A DNA stretch of 64,000 nucleotides from IMG/VR virus record IMGVR_UViG_2881214049_000001. One strand, 5' to 3'. Positions 40,753-50,080 of this stretch are shown one piece after another. The notes beneath the pieces were generated by a model that ran no database searches, was not told the origin of the DNA, and saw nothing but the letters and a program-made list of their open reading frames with translations. The stretch's first letter is position 1; the number at the start of each line of letters is the position of its first letter. The position numbers were made by a program, and so were the translations under genes. The stretch is from a virus.

Positions 40753-41076
40753 TAAAAATTTCCTTAAGTCTAATTTAGTGTCTCATAGCTAAACCCAGTT
40801 ACCTGCCAGTAAAGGGCAGTCGCAATATATCACATCAAAAATATTGTACAATAATAAAAGGTAGGGATATAAACCGAATGCACATCTAAATCAAACGCGT
40901 TAAATATTTTAGCTTAACCCGAACTCTGAGTAAAAAGTGAGTTAATCAACAACAATACCTAAGCTCAAAAGACGTAACATCACTCTAGCCAGAGGTTATT
41001 TCTTAATACATGGCAAATTTAACGCAGCAGTAAGGGGTAACAACTGCTAAAGGATCAATGATTACTCAAGTTCAGG

Positions 41077-41409
41077 CTAGCTAAATAGCTTTACACGGGT
41101 AAGATCTAGATCGGTATTAATAACTAAGCCGGCTTGATCAGCCGTTACCTTCGCGAAAGCGACTACTTCTGCCACTTTATTTTTAGGGCCTTGAATATTA
41201 AGTGTAACTGTAAACTTTTCAGGTGATATATTTCTCTCTAACTGCGTCATTTCGCGTAGTGCTTCATCATTAAACAGTCTATCTCTTATCATATCCGCCA
41301 CATTATATGCACTTTTCCAGCGCTGACGGATAAGCGCTTTTGATAAGCGTTTAATGGATGTATTCAAGTCTGTAACCGAAATTGTTACGACAGAGTGCTG
41401 TATGTTCAT
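41077..41409 (-). CDS. Hypothetical protein
   Basis: 110-aa ORF with AAGGAG RBS that overlaps the 36-bp palindrome. Confidence 0.65.
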   Translation of the reverse strand: MNIQHSVVTISVTDLNTSIKRLSKALIRQRWKSAYNVADMIRDRLFNDEALREMTQLERNISPEKFTVTLNIQGPKNKVAEVVAFAKVTADQAGLVINTDLDLTRVKLFS

Positions 41410-41418
41410 TGAGGTGCT

Positions 41419-41454
41419 CCTTTCATTTACTATTGTACAATAGCAAATGAAAGG
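41419..41454. promoter_or_regulatory. 36-bp palindrome (one mismatched pair) centred on TTGTACAA
   Basis: CCTTTCATTTACTATTGT|ACAATAGCAAATGAAAGG. Confidence 0.8.
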
Positions 41455-41492
41455 TAAGCAGAAAAGGACTAAGCAGCAAAAACCAACAATGG

Positions 41493-42068
41493 CTATTGTT
41501 GATTTAACGGGGAGCCAATCAACGTAGACAAATCACTTTCTTTCATCAAGCGCTCCCAAATTACCATATGACCCAAAATTGTTCTTAGTTTGTCTCTGAC
41601 AGGTGCTAAAGAGAGTGTGCTGGGTACATCATCCGACTCAATCGGCGTATTGTCGGCCAAGTCAATAACGCGTAGTAGCTCTTGAAAAGCACTTAGCGCT
41701 GGAATAGATTGTTGGATCATCCTAATCGATAATGAGCGTCCACCTACGGTAGATATTTTGGTTTCCAGTGTCATGCGCGCCAAGTTTTGATAAATCGCCA
41801 GACGCTCTTTTTCTTGCTCCGCCTTGTCGTCGATCTCTTGCAAAAACTCAAGGTGCGTATCCAAATGGATACGTTTGAATTCAATAATTGCTTCAGATAC
41901 CCAGCGGCTGCGTGATACTCCTTTTTGCTGCGCTGCCGCATCCATCAATTCAATCATTTTGTTAGGAAACCTAGCATTAATGCGATCGGAGCCGTCACTC
42001 ACTGAGTCAAGTTTTGGCTTAGGCGTCACCAGCATAGCAAGTTTACTTGAGCTACGATCATTAACCAT
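41493..42068 (-). CDS. Ribbon-helix-helix (CopG-like) DNA-binding protein, third gene of the par operon
   Basis: DRINARFPNKMIELMDAAAQQKGVSRSRWVSEAI; overlaps the parB stop. Confidence 0.72.
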   Translation of the reverse strand: MVNDRSSSKLAMLVTPKPKLDSVSDGSDRINARFPNKMIELMDAAAQQKGVSRSRWVSEAIIEFKRIHLDTHLEFLQEIDDKAEQEKERLAIYQNLARMTLETKISTVGGRSLSIRMIQQSIPALSAFQELLRVIDLADNTPIESDDVPSTLSLAPVRDKLRTILGHMVIWERLMKESDLSTLIGSPLNQQ

Positions 42069-43674
42069 GCTTACGCTCCTCTTTCTGGCCTTGGAATAAT
42101 TCAGACCAGTTAACCCCTTCAGTGCGCGCTTTACGGATCAAACCAGATAAATCCTCGCCCGACATATCTAGGTTGTCTAAATGCTGCATAGACTGACTGA
42201 CGATATTTAATAAGCCTTGACGGTATGTATCTATATCTTCTTTTGAACCTTTAGATGCAGCCATTGATTCCAGTAGCTCGCCTGTTTGTTCCAGTGTAGG
42301 GTCTATCCGCGCGCAAACCGCAATCAGCATTTTTAGCTGTCTGTCTCGTAACGCGTTATCCGACTCAGGTGTTGGAAAGCCTAACTTCTTCAGCTTCTTA
42401 ACTGTTTCTTTTTTATCGCCCTCTGACTGTTGTGCCACTTGTTGACGTGTAACATCTTCGCTCTTTTTAATGACATGCTTACCCGTAACTTGATTAACGA
42501 GTGCCATCACTTCATCCACAAGCGCTTGAGGCACCTCATCGATAGAAAAATCAATCTTTTCATCCGCAACCGAGAAGGCATAAACATGAACAGGGTCACA
42601 ACTAATACCATGCTGCTGTGCATATGCTACAGCGTCATTCGCCACTTTTATTAAAGATTCACGACCCGGCTTATGCACGGAGCAGATCTCTAACAGCAGC
42701 TCGCTTTGCGGGTGTCGCACCAACTTTAAAAAACGTGCAACTTGTGGTTTTGACTCAGAAGTCAGCTTCATCGCGACTTTTGCTGTGTTTGTAGACATTG
42801 CATCGGCAACATCTTTACCCACTTTTTGACATAGCACCCTGTAATGTGTGTGATAATGCCTGAATGTATCTGCCAAAGATAAAGATACCGACGAACTATT
42901 CGCTTCGTATGAAGTTGCGAGAGTGGCCAGCTCAACGTCTAGATCTGAGGCATCTTGAGATAGGCCATCAGCAGCACGTTCATTTACAGCCAGACGTAGT
43001 CTTAGCGTCTCGCGTCCGTATAAATGGGCAGCACGCAGACGCCGCTCACCATCAATGATCACCACATGTGACGCAGCGCCAAATTCGTCGTAAGCTAAAA
43101 AGCCATCAATAGACTTACGCTGGCCTTTTGTTTTTAAGCTCACCGCAGTTTTAAATAAGTCCTGCACACCCGTCATTGCGTCGCTTAACTCTTTGCCGTG
43201 CAACTTACCTTTAGCTACTAACATTGCCAGCGGTGAAGCCCAAAACGATTCTACATACTCAGCCGCATCTAGCTCTTGCCAGTTATCAGGGCATGAAGGC
43301 AGCAATTCCATATAAGTATCAAAAGATAACTTTAATGTACCGTTTAAGCGATGATTGTCTGCTCTGGGTTTAATCAAACTCAACGGTATTTCTACATCGA
43401 AAGATTCACCACCGTTCTCTTCAAACATTTTTTTCACTTGAGACAACTGCTCAATGACCGGCACTTTATAGATTGTTTTTTCTACGGTTGCGCCTGATTG
43501 CCCTTGCTCGTTCGAGTTCACAGATTTATAAGATCGTTGCTGTTGCTGCAAATACATCGCGTTAACCGCACCCATTTCCTGTGAAAGTGCTTGCGCCGTT
43601 CTTTCGGCAGCTTTGTCTCGTGCTCCTTTGGTTTGAAGCAAGTGACCGAGTTTTGATTGTTTTTTACTTGTCAT
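42061..43674 (-). CDS. parB: ParB-like partition protein (long, 537 aa)
   Basis: IPLSLIKPRADNHR and VIIDGERRLRAA (GxxR box); directly downstream of parA. Confidence 0.8.
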   Translation of the reverse strand: MTSKKQSKLGHLLQTKGARDKAAERTAQALSQEMGAVNAMYLQQQQRSYKSVNSNEQGQSGATVEKTIYKVPVIEQLSQVKKMFEENGGESFDVEIPLSLIKPRADNHRLNGTLKLSFDTYMELLPSCPDNWQELDAAEYVESFWASPLAMLVAKGKLHGKELSDAMTGVQDLFKTAVSLKTKGQRKSIDGFLAYDEFGAASHVVIIDGERRLRAAHLYGRETLRLRLAVNERAADGLSQDASDLDVELATLATSYEANSSSVSLSLADTFRHYHTHYRVLCQKVGKDVADAMSTNTAKVAMKLTSESKPQVARFLKLVRHPQSELLLEICSVHKPGRESLIKVANDAVAYAQQHGISCDPVHVYAFSVADEKIDFSIDEVPQALVDEVMALVNQVTGKHVIKKSEDVTRQQVAQQSEGDKKETVKKLKKLGFPTPESDNALRDRQLKMLIAVCARIDPTLEQTGELLESMAASKGSKEDIDTYRQGLLNIVSQSMQHLDNLDMSGEDLSGLIRKARTEGVNWSELFQGQKEERKHG

Positions 43675-43692
43675 AGCGAATTACCTAAAAGC

Positions 43693-44787
43693 TTAATTAT
43701 CATCCTCAGGAGGAAGAGGCTCACCAAAAATGCGTTGATGTAACTTATCAATTATTGAAAACAGCTTTTTTCTCGAAGGATCTGATTTTTTATTCCAAAT
43801 AAGCGATGACATTGGCGGCTTTACAGCTCGTTTCTCTTCAGCGCTGAGCTTTTCAAAGCTTTCCGGGTCTATATAAGGGGGCACAGAAATATCACGACGT
43901 TCCTGAATTAACCGACTACGAGGAAATACCTCATTTTTTGGAAAGCAACCAAACGCAGGGTAATTGAAAATTGGCTCTAATAAAATTTCTTCTCGTTTAC
44001 TCAACTTCCCTGAATTTAATGGATTAACAATTGTCGTCACTAGGCGCATGCGACCATCACTATTATTTGCCGCAAGGCAAGACATAGTGACGGTGTTGCA
44101 TGAGCCAAGCGTATCTCTGGATGGGTTTACTGGCACAATCACATGATCCGATAGTTGATACAGCGCCTCGTTTAATTCCGCATCCAGTGGTGGGGTATCA
44201 AAAATGATCAGGTCGTAACAATTGAGGATGTCGCAATCAATCAACCAAGACTCCCACCGCTCATAAAGTGTTCTTGCCGGGTATTTTTCTGCATGAGTGT
44301 GGATATGACTGAGTGCCTCACTATCACCAGGTACAATATCTAGCATCCCCCCCAATTTATTCACAGTGCCTAAATGAGGAGAGTCATGCTGGATATATGT
44401 GCCGTACTGACACACATATTGCCTGTCTTCTTTCATGATCTCTGATGAGCTACTGCGAGCAGCAAAAGGCATTGGATTACCATCTTCATCATAATACTCA
44501 GGGTGAATTATGGGCTGATGAATGGCTCTGAGCGCAGAACCTGCAAATGCGTGCGCCGCATCAACTGTGGTCGACTCAATAACGCCATAAGCACCACTTA
44601 GATTGCACTGTTTATCAGTATCTATAAGAAGGACGCGTTTACCAGCCCAAAGCGCAATACCTTCCCCTAAGTAACTCACCAAGGTGGTCTTACCCACACC
44701 ACCTTTGCGATTTGCAACAGAAACAATCTTAGCCCGACTATCGACCGGAATTTGGGCTAGCCTGAAGCTTCTTGCAGATAAACTCAT
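43693..44787 (-). CDS. parA: ParA/Soj partition ATPase
   Basis: VANRKGGVGKTT deviant Walker A, VLLIDTDKQCNLS, YDLIIFDTPP; GGAGG RBS at ATG 44787. Confidence 0.92.
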   Translation of the reverse strand: MSLSARSFRLAQIPVDSRAKIVSVANRKGGVGKTTLVSYLGEGIALWAGKRVLLIDTDKQCNLSGAYGVIESTTVDAAHAFAGSALRAIHQPIIHPEYYDEDGNPMPFAARSSSSEIMKEDRQYVCQYGTYIQHDSPHLGTVNKLGGMLDIVPGDSEALSHIHTHAEKYPARTLYERWESWLIDCDILNCYDLIIFDTPPLDAELNEALYQLSDHVIVPVNPSRDTLGSCNTVTMSCLAANNSDGRMRLVTTIVNPLNSGKLSKREEILLEPIFNYPAFGCFPKNEVFPRSRLIQERRDISVPPYIDPESFEKLSAEEKRAVKPPMSSLIWNKKSDPSRKKLFSIIDKLHQRIFGEPLPPEDDN

Positions 44788-44918
44788 AAAAACCTCCATG
44801 CGAATTTTACAGCCATTATTTTTTTCATTTTCGGTTCCTTAGCGGATTATTGAGTTGCGCGCACTTTACTTTTTGAGTCGAGAACGCCTGTACGACAATG
44901 ACTTATAGCTTACGCCAT

Positions 44919-44961
44919 ATAAAAAGTGAGTGCAACAATTGATTATGCAATCACTTTTTAT
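44919..44961. promoter_or_regulatory. 16-bp inverted repeat upstream of parA (candidate operator or centromere)
   Basis: ATAAAAAGTGAGTGCA-N11-TGCAATCACTTTTTAT, one mismatch. Confidence 0.6.
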
Positions 44962-45355
44962 AAACACAAAAAACAGCAACCAATAAGTTTGTATTCACTC
45001 ACAAACAAATGTAAGTACCAGCTAACAACAAAAGTGATATCAATATAAAGAGGAAGTACTTACTTACAGATAAGTATCAGTACATAATTCGAACAATCAA
45101 GCAGGCAACGATGCCGTGACAGTATTGCCTTAACATTATTTTCACTGTCACTTAAAGTAATTTCTTTGCTGCACTCAATGTGCCGTTCAAGGTACAATAG
45201 ACAATATAAGAGACTGAAGTTGATAACAACTTAATAGTGAGTAGTGATTGAGACCCTGTTGTGGCGCCTTTTTAAAGTGCCATTCGTATAGTATTGCCCG
45301 TTATACCAAAACAGCTCAATTGAAGGTACTAACGGTGTTTGGTTAAGGAGTTAAC

Positions 45356-45904
45356 ATGTCAGATCACTTACGGCAGCATCAACACGTTTTTGAGTCAGCC
45401 TTTCGTTTACTTTTAGAGTTTGAAGGTGGCTTTGTCGACGACCCTGACGACAGTGGCGGTAAAACAAAATACGGGATTTCTCAAAATGCCTATCCTAATT
45501 TGGATATAGCGGCACTGACCAAAGCACAAGCGAAAGAGATATACCAAAGAGATTACTTTGAAGCCTGTAAAGCCCACTTAATGCCTGAAAAAATGGCGGT
45601 TTTAGTTTTTGATACCGCCGTAAACATGGGGGTGAGAAGTGCTATAAAACTATTACAACAAGCGATCAAGACCGATGTAGATGGCATTATTGGGCCTAAC
45701 ACACTTAGAGCGTTAAAACAGGCAAACAGAGTCCAAGGAGACAATTTATTCATTGAGTACCAAAGCTTAAGAGCCAAGCAATATGCCGAGATCATCGCAC
45801 GTAGACCGAGCAATGGTAAATATGCAAAAGGCTGGTTTCGCCGTCAATTTAAACTACAACAATACCTGTCACAACAGGTAGGCTTTGCTGAGGAGGCTTT
45901 ATGA
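45356..45904 (+). CDS. GH108 lysozyme (endolysin) with peptidoglycan-binding domain
   Basis: FEGGFVDDPDDSGGKTKYGIS motif; VFDTAVNMG; DGIIGPNTL; KYAKGWFRR. Confidence 0.92.
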   Translation: MSDHLRQHQHVFESAFRLLLEFEGGFVDDPDDSGGKTKYGISQNAYPNLDIAALTKAQAKEIYQRDYFEACKAHLMPEKMAVLVFDTAVNMGVRSAIKLLQQAIKTDVDGIIGPNTLRALKQANRVQGDNLFIEYQSLRAKQYAEIIARRPSNGKYAKGWFRRQFKLQQYLSQQVGFAEEAL

Positions 45905-46260
45905 ATCAACAATATATCACCGCCAAACTCACACACTACGATACCCAAGATCCTACGGAGATATTTGAAGATTTAATAGCAACGCATTCTCCATTCGCAT
46001 TCTATTTATTTAACTGGATAAACTTTCATAGTGATGCTTTTGAAAGCTGTGTAGAACTTTTACATGATATTCAATGTATTGATGGCCGAGTACTCCATCA
46101 GTGTATGCCGCATCGTAATGGCACTCACTTCGTTTGTATTGAAACAGATGAAATTATATATCCATCCCACATCAGCCTCATCCGGCTGAGTAAAAAGCAA
46201 ATACTTATGCCATGTGAATGGACTCATCCTACACAGGCACTTTACCCAACCAAGCGCTGA
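45901..46260 (+). CDS. Hypothetical protein
   Basis: Overlaps the lysozyme stop; GAGG RBS. Confidence 0.55.
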   Translation: MNQQYITAKLTHYDTQDPTEIFEDLIATHSPFAFYLFNWINFHSDAFESCVELLHDIQCIDGRVLHQCMPHRNGTHFVCIETDEIIYPSHISLIRLSKKQILMPCEWTHPTQALYPTKR

Positions 46261-46305
46261 GCGAAGCTCGGCAAAATTCAGTGAAAATGAGAGTGGAGCG
46301 ACAGA

Positions 46306-46719
46306 ATGATCACAGTAAACATTCCCCAGGAAAATGGACAGTATCAATCAGTATCGAACCAAATTGGTGACCACACGCTACATGTTGTCACCCCAACATT
46401 TGGGAAAAGCGAACTGCTTGTGTACGTCGACTTTAATAAAAAAAATTTGCAGGCAACAGGGCGCATCAAAATCGCTATGCAAGACCCAAACATAGCACAA
46501 GACACACCGTTCGATATGTGTCAGCTCGTCAATAACAGCATTGTGCCGATGGAGATAAATATTGTACAATCAGGTCAATATAGGTTTCCTATTCCGGTTG
46601 GTAGCAATGAAGTCAAGGTTAAACTATCAATCGAGCTTGCTGATGCTCATGAAGAAACTGATTCGTTCGCACTGTGGGTAGCAGCCAATAGTGATAATGC
46701 AGTATCTGTTTTAAAGTAA
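46306..46719 (+). CDS. Hypothetical beta-rich protein, possibly virion-associated
   Basis: 137-aa ORF, GGAG RBS. Confidence 0.55.
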   Translation: MITVNIPQENGQYQSVSNQIGDHTLHVVTPTFGKSELLVYVDFNKKNLQATGRIKIAMQDPNIAQDTPFDMCQLVNNSIVPMEINIVQSGQYRFPIPVGSNEVKVKLSIELADAHEETDSFALWVAANSDNAVSVLK

Positions 46720-46728
46720 GGGCTTAAA

Positions 46729-47034
46729 ATGTACAGCACTTCAGTTTCACAACAGTTTTACCAACCAGATCAAAGCAGTAGCGGAGGGTCAAGCACGGAA
46801 ATTCAGCAGTCATACACAATTTCCGAGCCTGATGGACAACCCATTCACATTGCACTAAACGGACAAATCGACAGTACTAAACATGTTTTGGTAACATTGA
46901 ATGGCTTGCTCTTGGATAAAGAAAGTCAATACAGTATCGCTACACAAGATAGCAAAAGCATCCTGTTGATTGACCCAGCTGTCACAATTTATGACGGTGA
47001 TAAAATTCAATTGTCAGCCAAATTACTCAACTGA
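46729..47034 (+). CDS. Small structural-type protein
   Basis: VLVTLNGLLL...Y...GDKIQL pattern, shared with the C-terminus of the next gene (VFVNGL...GDKVRISY). Confidence 0.55.
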   Translation: MYSTSVSQQFYQPDQSSSGGSSTEIQQSYTISEPDGQPIHIALNGQIDSTKHVLVTLNGLLLDKESQYSIATQDSKSILLIDPAVTIYDGDKIQLSAKLLN

Positions 47035-47117
47035 TAACAGTGAGTATAACGCTGTCTCTGGAATCGCGTATGAGCTTGAGATGAGAAATACATTAACCCA
47101 TTAAGGAGACTCATCCA

Positions 47118-47660
47118 ATGAGTAAGTTACGCGCAAACTCACAAATTATGCCTGCAACAATTAGTCGTGAGCTAGTCGACCCAGGCTTTGAAGCAAACTT
47201 AGTAAAATTTGCTGATGATATTGCTTCACTTAGTACCGTAAAAGCGAGTATTTCCTACGTAGACTCTAAAGTGTCTGATCTCATTAATAGTGCACCTGAA
47301 GCGCTTGATACACTTAAAGAATTAGCTGATGCTCTGGGAAATGACGCCGACTTTGCAGCAACTGTAACGACAGCTTTAACCACACAAGATAACCGTATTA
47401 AGGCCATAGAAGATGATACATCGCGTATCATGGCTCAGGATATTGTTTCTGCGGAAGATCTATCCGCTCAAGTAGATGGTGCAGTAGTGTCTTTTGATAT
47501 TGCAAAATCACCTCGGGTTGGATCTGCACAAGTATTTGTGAATGGTCTTGCTGTATTTGAAGACTCGGTTACGATTGACGAAGCCACCAAAAAGGCGACT
47601 TTTGTAACAGCGCCTCAAATCGGCGACAAAGTGCGCATTAGTTACATCGCTGAAAGATAA
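47118..47660 (+). CDS. Short tail-fibre-like protein
   Basis: LINSAPEALDTLKELADALGNDADFAATVT is the classic P2 gpH-type tail-fibre motif; AAGGAG RBS. Confidence 0.75.
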   Translation: MSKLRANSQIMPATISRELVDPGFEANLVKFADDIASLSTVKASISYVDSKVSDLINSAPEALDTLKELADALGNDADFAATVTTALTTQDNRIKAIEDDTSRIMAQDIVSAEDLSAQVDGAVVSFDIAKSPRVGSAQVFVNGLAVFEDSVTIDEATKKATFVTAPQIGDKVRISYIAER

Positions 47661-47676
47661 AATAACGAAACTCATT

Positions 47677-47703
47677 AAGAGGCCACTAATCAGGCCTCTT
47701 TTT
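47677..47703 (+). terminator. Terminator of the lysozyme-fibre operon
   Basis: AAGAGGCC-ACTAATCA-GGCCTCTTTTT. Confidence 0.8.
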
Positions 47704-47740
47704 CAGAGACAGCAAAGCTAGATTAAGCAGACCAACTTCA

Positions 47741-48033
47741 GATCTGTACACTGAAATTTTTATTGTACATTAAAATCAGGCTACTTTTGAGTACCGAGCA
47801 GCAAGCTTACTTTAGCAAAGATCAGATTCAGATCGGTTATAAGCACCTGGTTTTTGTATGAAAGTGTTCAAAATAGCTAAAACAGCTCAATTTGGATCGC
47901 TTTGTAAGTTCCATATCTATAAATTAAGCAACTAATTTATGATCTAAAATCAGATGAAAGAATATTTAAAACCAACCAAATCAATATTTTATTTATAAAA
48001 GTTGATAGTCAGACTTATTTTTTAAAAAGGATC
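47741..48033. other. AT-rich non-coding region with six GATC sites, candidate replication origin
   Basis: GATC at 47741, 47820, 47831, 47895, 47941, 48030; TCAGAT repeats; AT-rich tract 47950-48025. Confidence 0.4.
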
Positions 48034-48139
48034 CCACTTACTTATGTACTGTTCCAAACTTTTGAAAATTTGAGCCAGTTTATACCGTAATGACGCTTCA
48101 CTATAACAGATGCTCATTTAACAGCGTAGTTGTACAATA

Positions 48140-48583
48140 CTATATACGTTGAGACAGATGTGTAGATATCTTTTTTAATTCTCTACGGAAAAAATAAGCC
48201 TCATCCAGATCTTGCCTCGCTTCTAATTCTAATAGTAAACGCTCCATCATGAGTAATGACTGCTGAATAGATAAACGGCTTATGTCAAGGCAATCTTGTG
48301 CAGAGTCTCTTTGTTGACGCGACAGATCAAGCGAAACTCTTAACTCTTCTATGGTATCTTCAGCGATAATTAATTCATTTCTAAAGTCGGCAAGCTGAAT
48401 ACGCTGCTCTTCCCGGGAGTGCTGCGCCCCCAACTCATAGAAGAATGACAACAGAGAAGTAAGGTATTCAGGAGCCACTGTATTTCCTTTAAAACACGGC
48501 TGCCCATTGTGTTCTTGCAACTCGTTAGGGCTTCTTTTACTCGGAGCAATATCATTATACATACAATACAAGTCCTGTTTCAT
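48140..48583 (-). CDS. Hypothetical coiled-coil protein
   Basis: 147-aa ORF. Confidence 0.55.
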   Translation of the reverse strand: MKQDLYCMYNDIAPSKRSPNELQEHNGQPCFKGNTVAPEYLTSLLSFFYELGAQHSREEQRIQLADFRNELIIAEDTIEELRVSLDLSRQQRDSAQDCLDISRLSIQQSLLMMERLLLELEARQDLDEAYFFRRELKKISTHLSQRI

Positions 48584-49021
48584 TTACTCGGCTTACGTTA
48601 TCGTAAACCAATTATTTCGTGCGTTTTAAATCCGTTATCTTACGCCTTTTCAAACCCATCAGGGCTAAGAAAAAAACAAGACAATTTTTTATTTTATTAA
48701 TTGAATCATGACATTACCTAAATCACTGTCCTAGAATAATAGTACGAGCCCAGAGCAAGGTGAAGCAGCTGTATTACTGCATAAGTCAAAACAACCTAGC
48801 AATACTTGTCAAAACACACACATGTCAAATACTTAATTTTCGGCGCATTTCTATAAAACACCGCATGGTGTTATTAGGATAGAGTTTATTTGCTTGGGCC
48901 GCAACTGTTTTTAGCAAAGCCAATAAATCCGCTGACGCTCACCCTTTGAGCAGCATGCTTACTTATAACGGGGAGGAATATTGAGTAGTGCCAGGGACCC
49001 CAGCACTAAAGCAGCCACCAA

Positions 49022-49444
49022 TTAGACGGCTTTATTCTCTTCTTTCACAATACCAAGTGCTTTTCCTAGCAGCTCTTTGTATAGCTGGCCGCCTTGCAAA
49101 ATCCCTGCAAGAAGAATGCGTTGAGACTCCAATTCTGCAGCCTTCTTTTGCTGCTCTTTTGTCAGCTTACGCTTATCTTCAGGAAGTTCATTTTCCGCTT
49201 CACGCAATGCCGAGCTTCTTTCGTCAACATGTTTATTTAAGTGTTGTTGTACAACACCTATCGCTTGTTCAACTTGTCCTTTTGTTGCCATTTGAAACGC
49301 TCGTTGTGTCAGGCTAGCGAAGTCATCTGCTACAATAGCATATCCGTTATTACATTGCGTACATACCGCCGCAAGCTTGCCTGCTATCTCACCAACAATG
49401 CTAGGATTGCTACAATACGGACAGCGGGGTAAATTCATACTCAT
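49022..49444 (-). CDS. Zinc-ribbon (Lar-like) plus coiled-coil protein
   Basis: N-terminal RCPYC...VCTQC. Confidence 0.55.
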   Translation of the reverse strand: MSMNLPRCPYCSNPSIVGEIAGKLAAVCTQCNNGYAIVADDFASLTQRAFQMATKGQVEQAIGVVQQHLNKHVDERSSALREAENELPEDKRKLTKEQQKKAAELESQRILLAGILQGGQLYKELLGKALGIVKEENKAV

Positions 49445-49761
49445 TCTTTGATTTCTCCATTAATACAATAAAATCAAACTATTACACATACTTGATATGC
49501 AACCAGCCACTTCATAATGTGAGCCAGAAAGAAATAGCAATATGTAGAGTTTATATTTGTCTCATTCGCATGATGACTTAAATGTCTTCACATTTCAATT
49601 GTACAATAATATAGTAGCGCTATTATCACCTTTGAAAAACTTGAGTTCGCATTCTTTGAGCTTGTAGTGCATTGAGGTTTCAGTACTAGCGTTCTCAGAT
49701 AAATTGGCTAAAAATAATGAATTTGAGCAAAAAAAAACACCTTCCGTGTTTGGAAGTAAAA

Positions 49762-50028
49762 ATGAACGAACAGTTCGAACCTCTGATGAAACATGGTTCA
49801 ATCTATGCTAAAGTGATGGCCGATTCGATCCAAGCTACCTTGCTACAAGTAGCAAAGCAAGAGCTTGCTACAGCCGAGGCAGAGCAAGTAATAGGTGAGC
49901 TCACAGCACCATCGCTGTGTCGAGATCTTGTTGAAAAAGAGCACAGACTTGCTATATCTGAAGAGCTTACAGCGTTACGAGAGATTGCCATGCTGTTATT
50001 GATCTATATTGAAGAGCAAGCGATATAA
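49762..50028 (+). CDS. Hypothetical protein upstream of secB
   Basis: Likely ATG 49762 (MNEQFEPL). Confidence 0.55.
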   Translation: MNEQFEPLMKHGSIYAKVMADSIQATLLQVAKQELATAEAEQVIGELTAPSLCRDLVEKEHRLAISEELTALREIAMLLLIYIEEQAI

Positions 50029-50080
50029 AATTTCCCATAATACGCATTTATTTTGCGTGTAAATTAATGAGACATGTGAC

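Noticed and set aside
42061-44787. Host chromosomal parAB/oriC region
   Set aside because: No gidA/gidB, dnaA or atp neighbours; proteins are long and divergent, embedded among phage genes.
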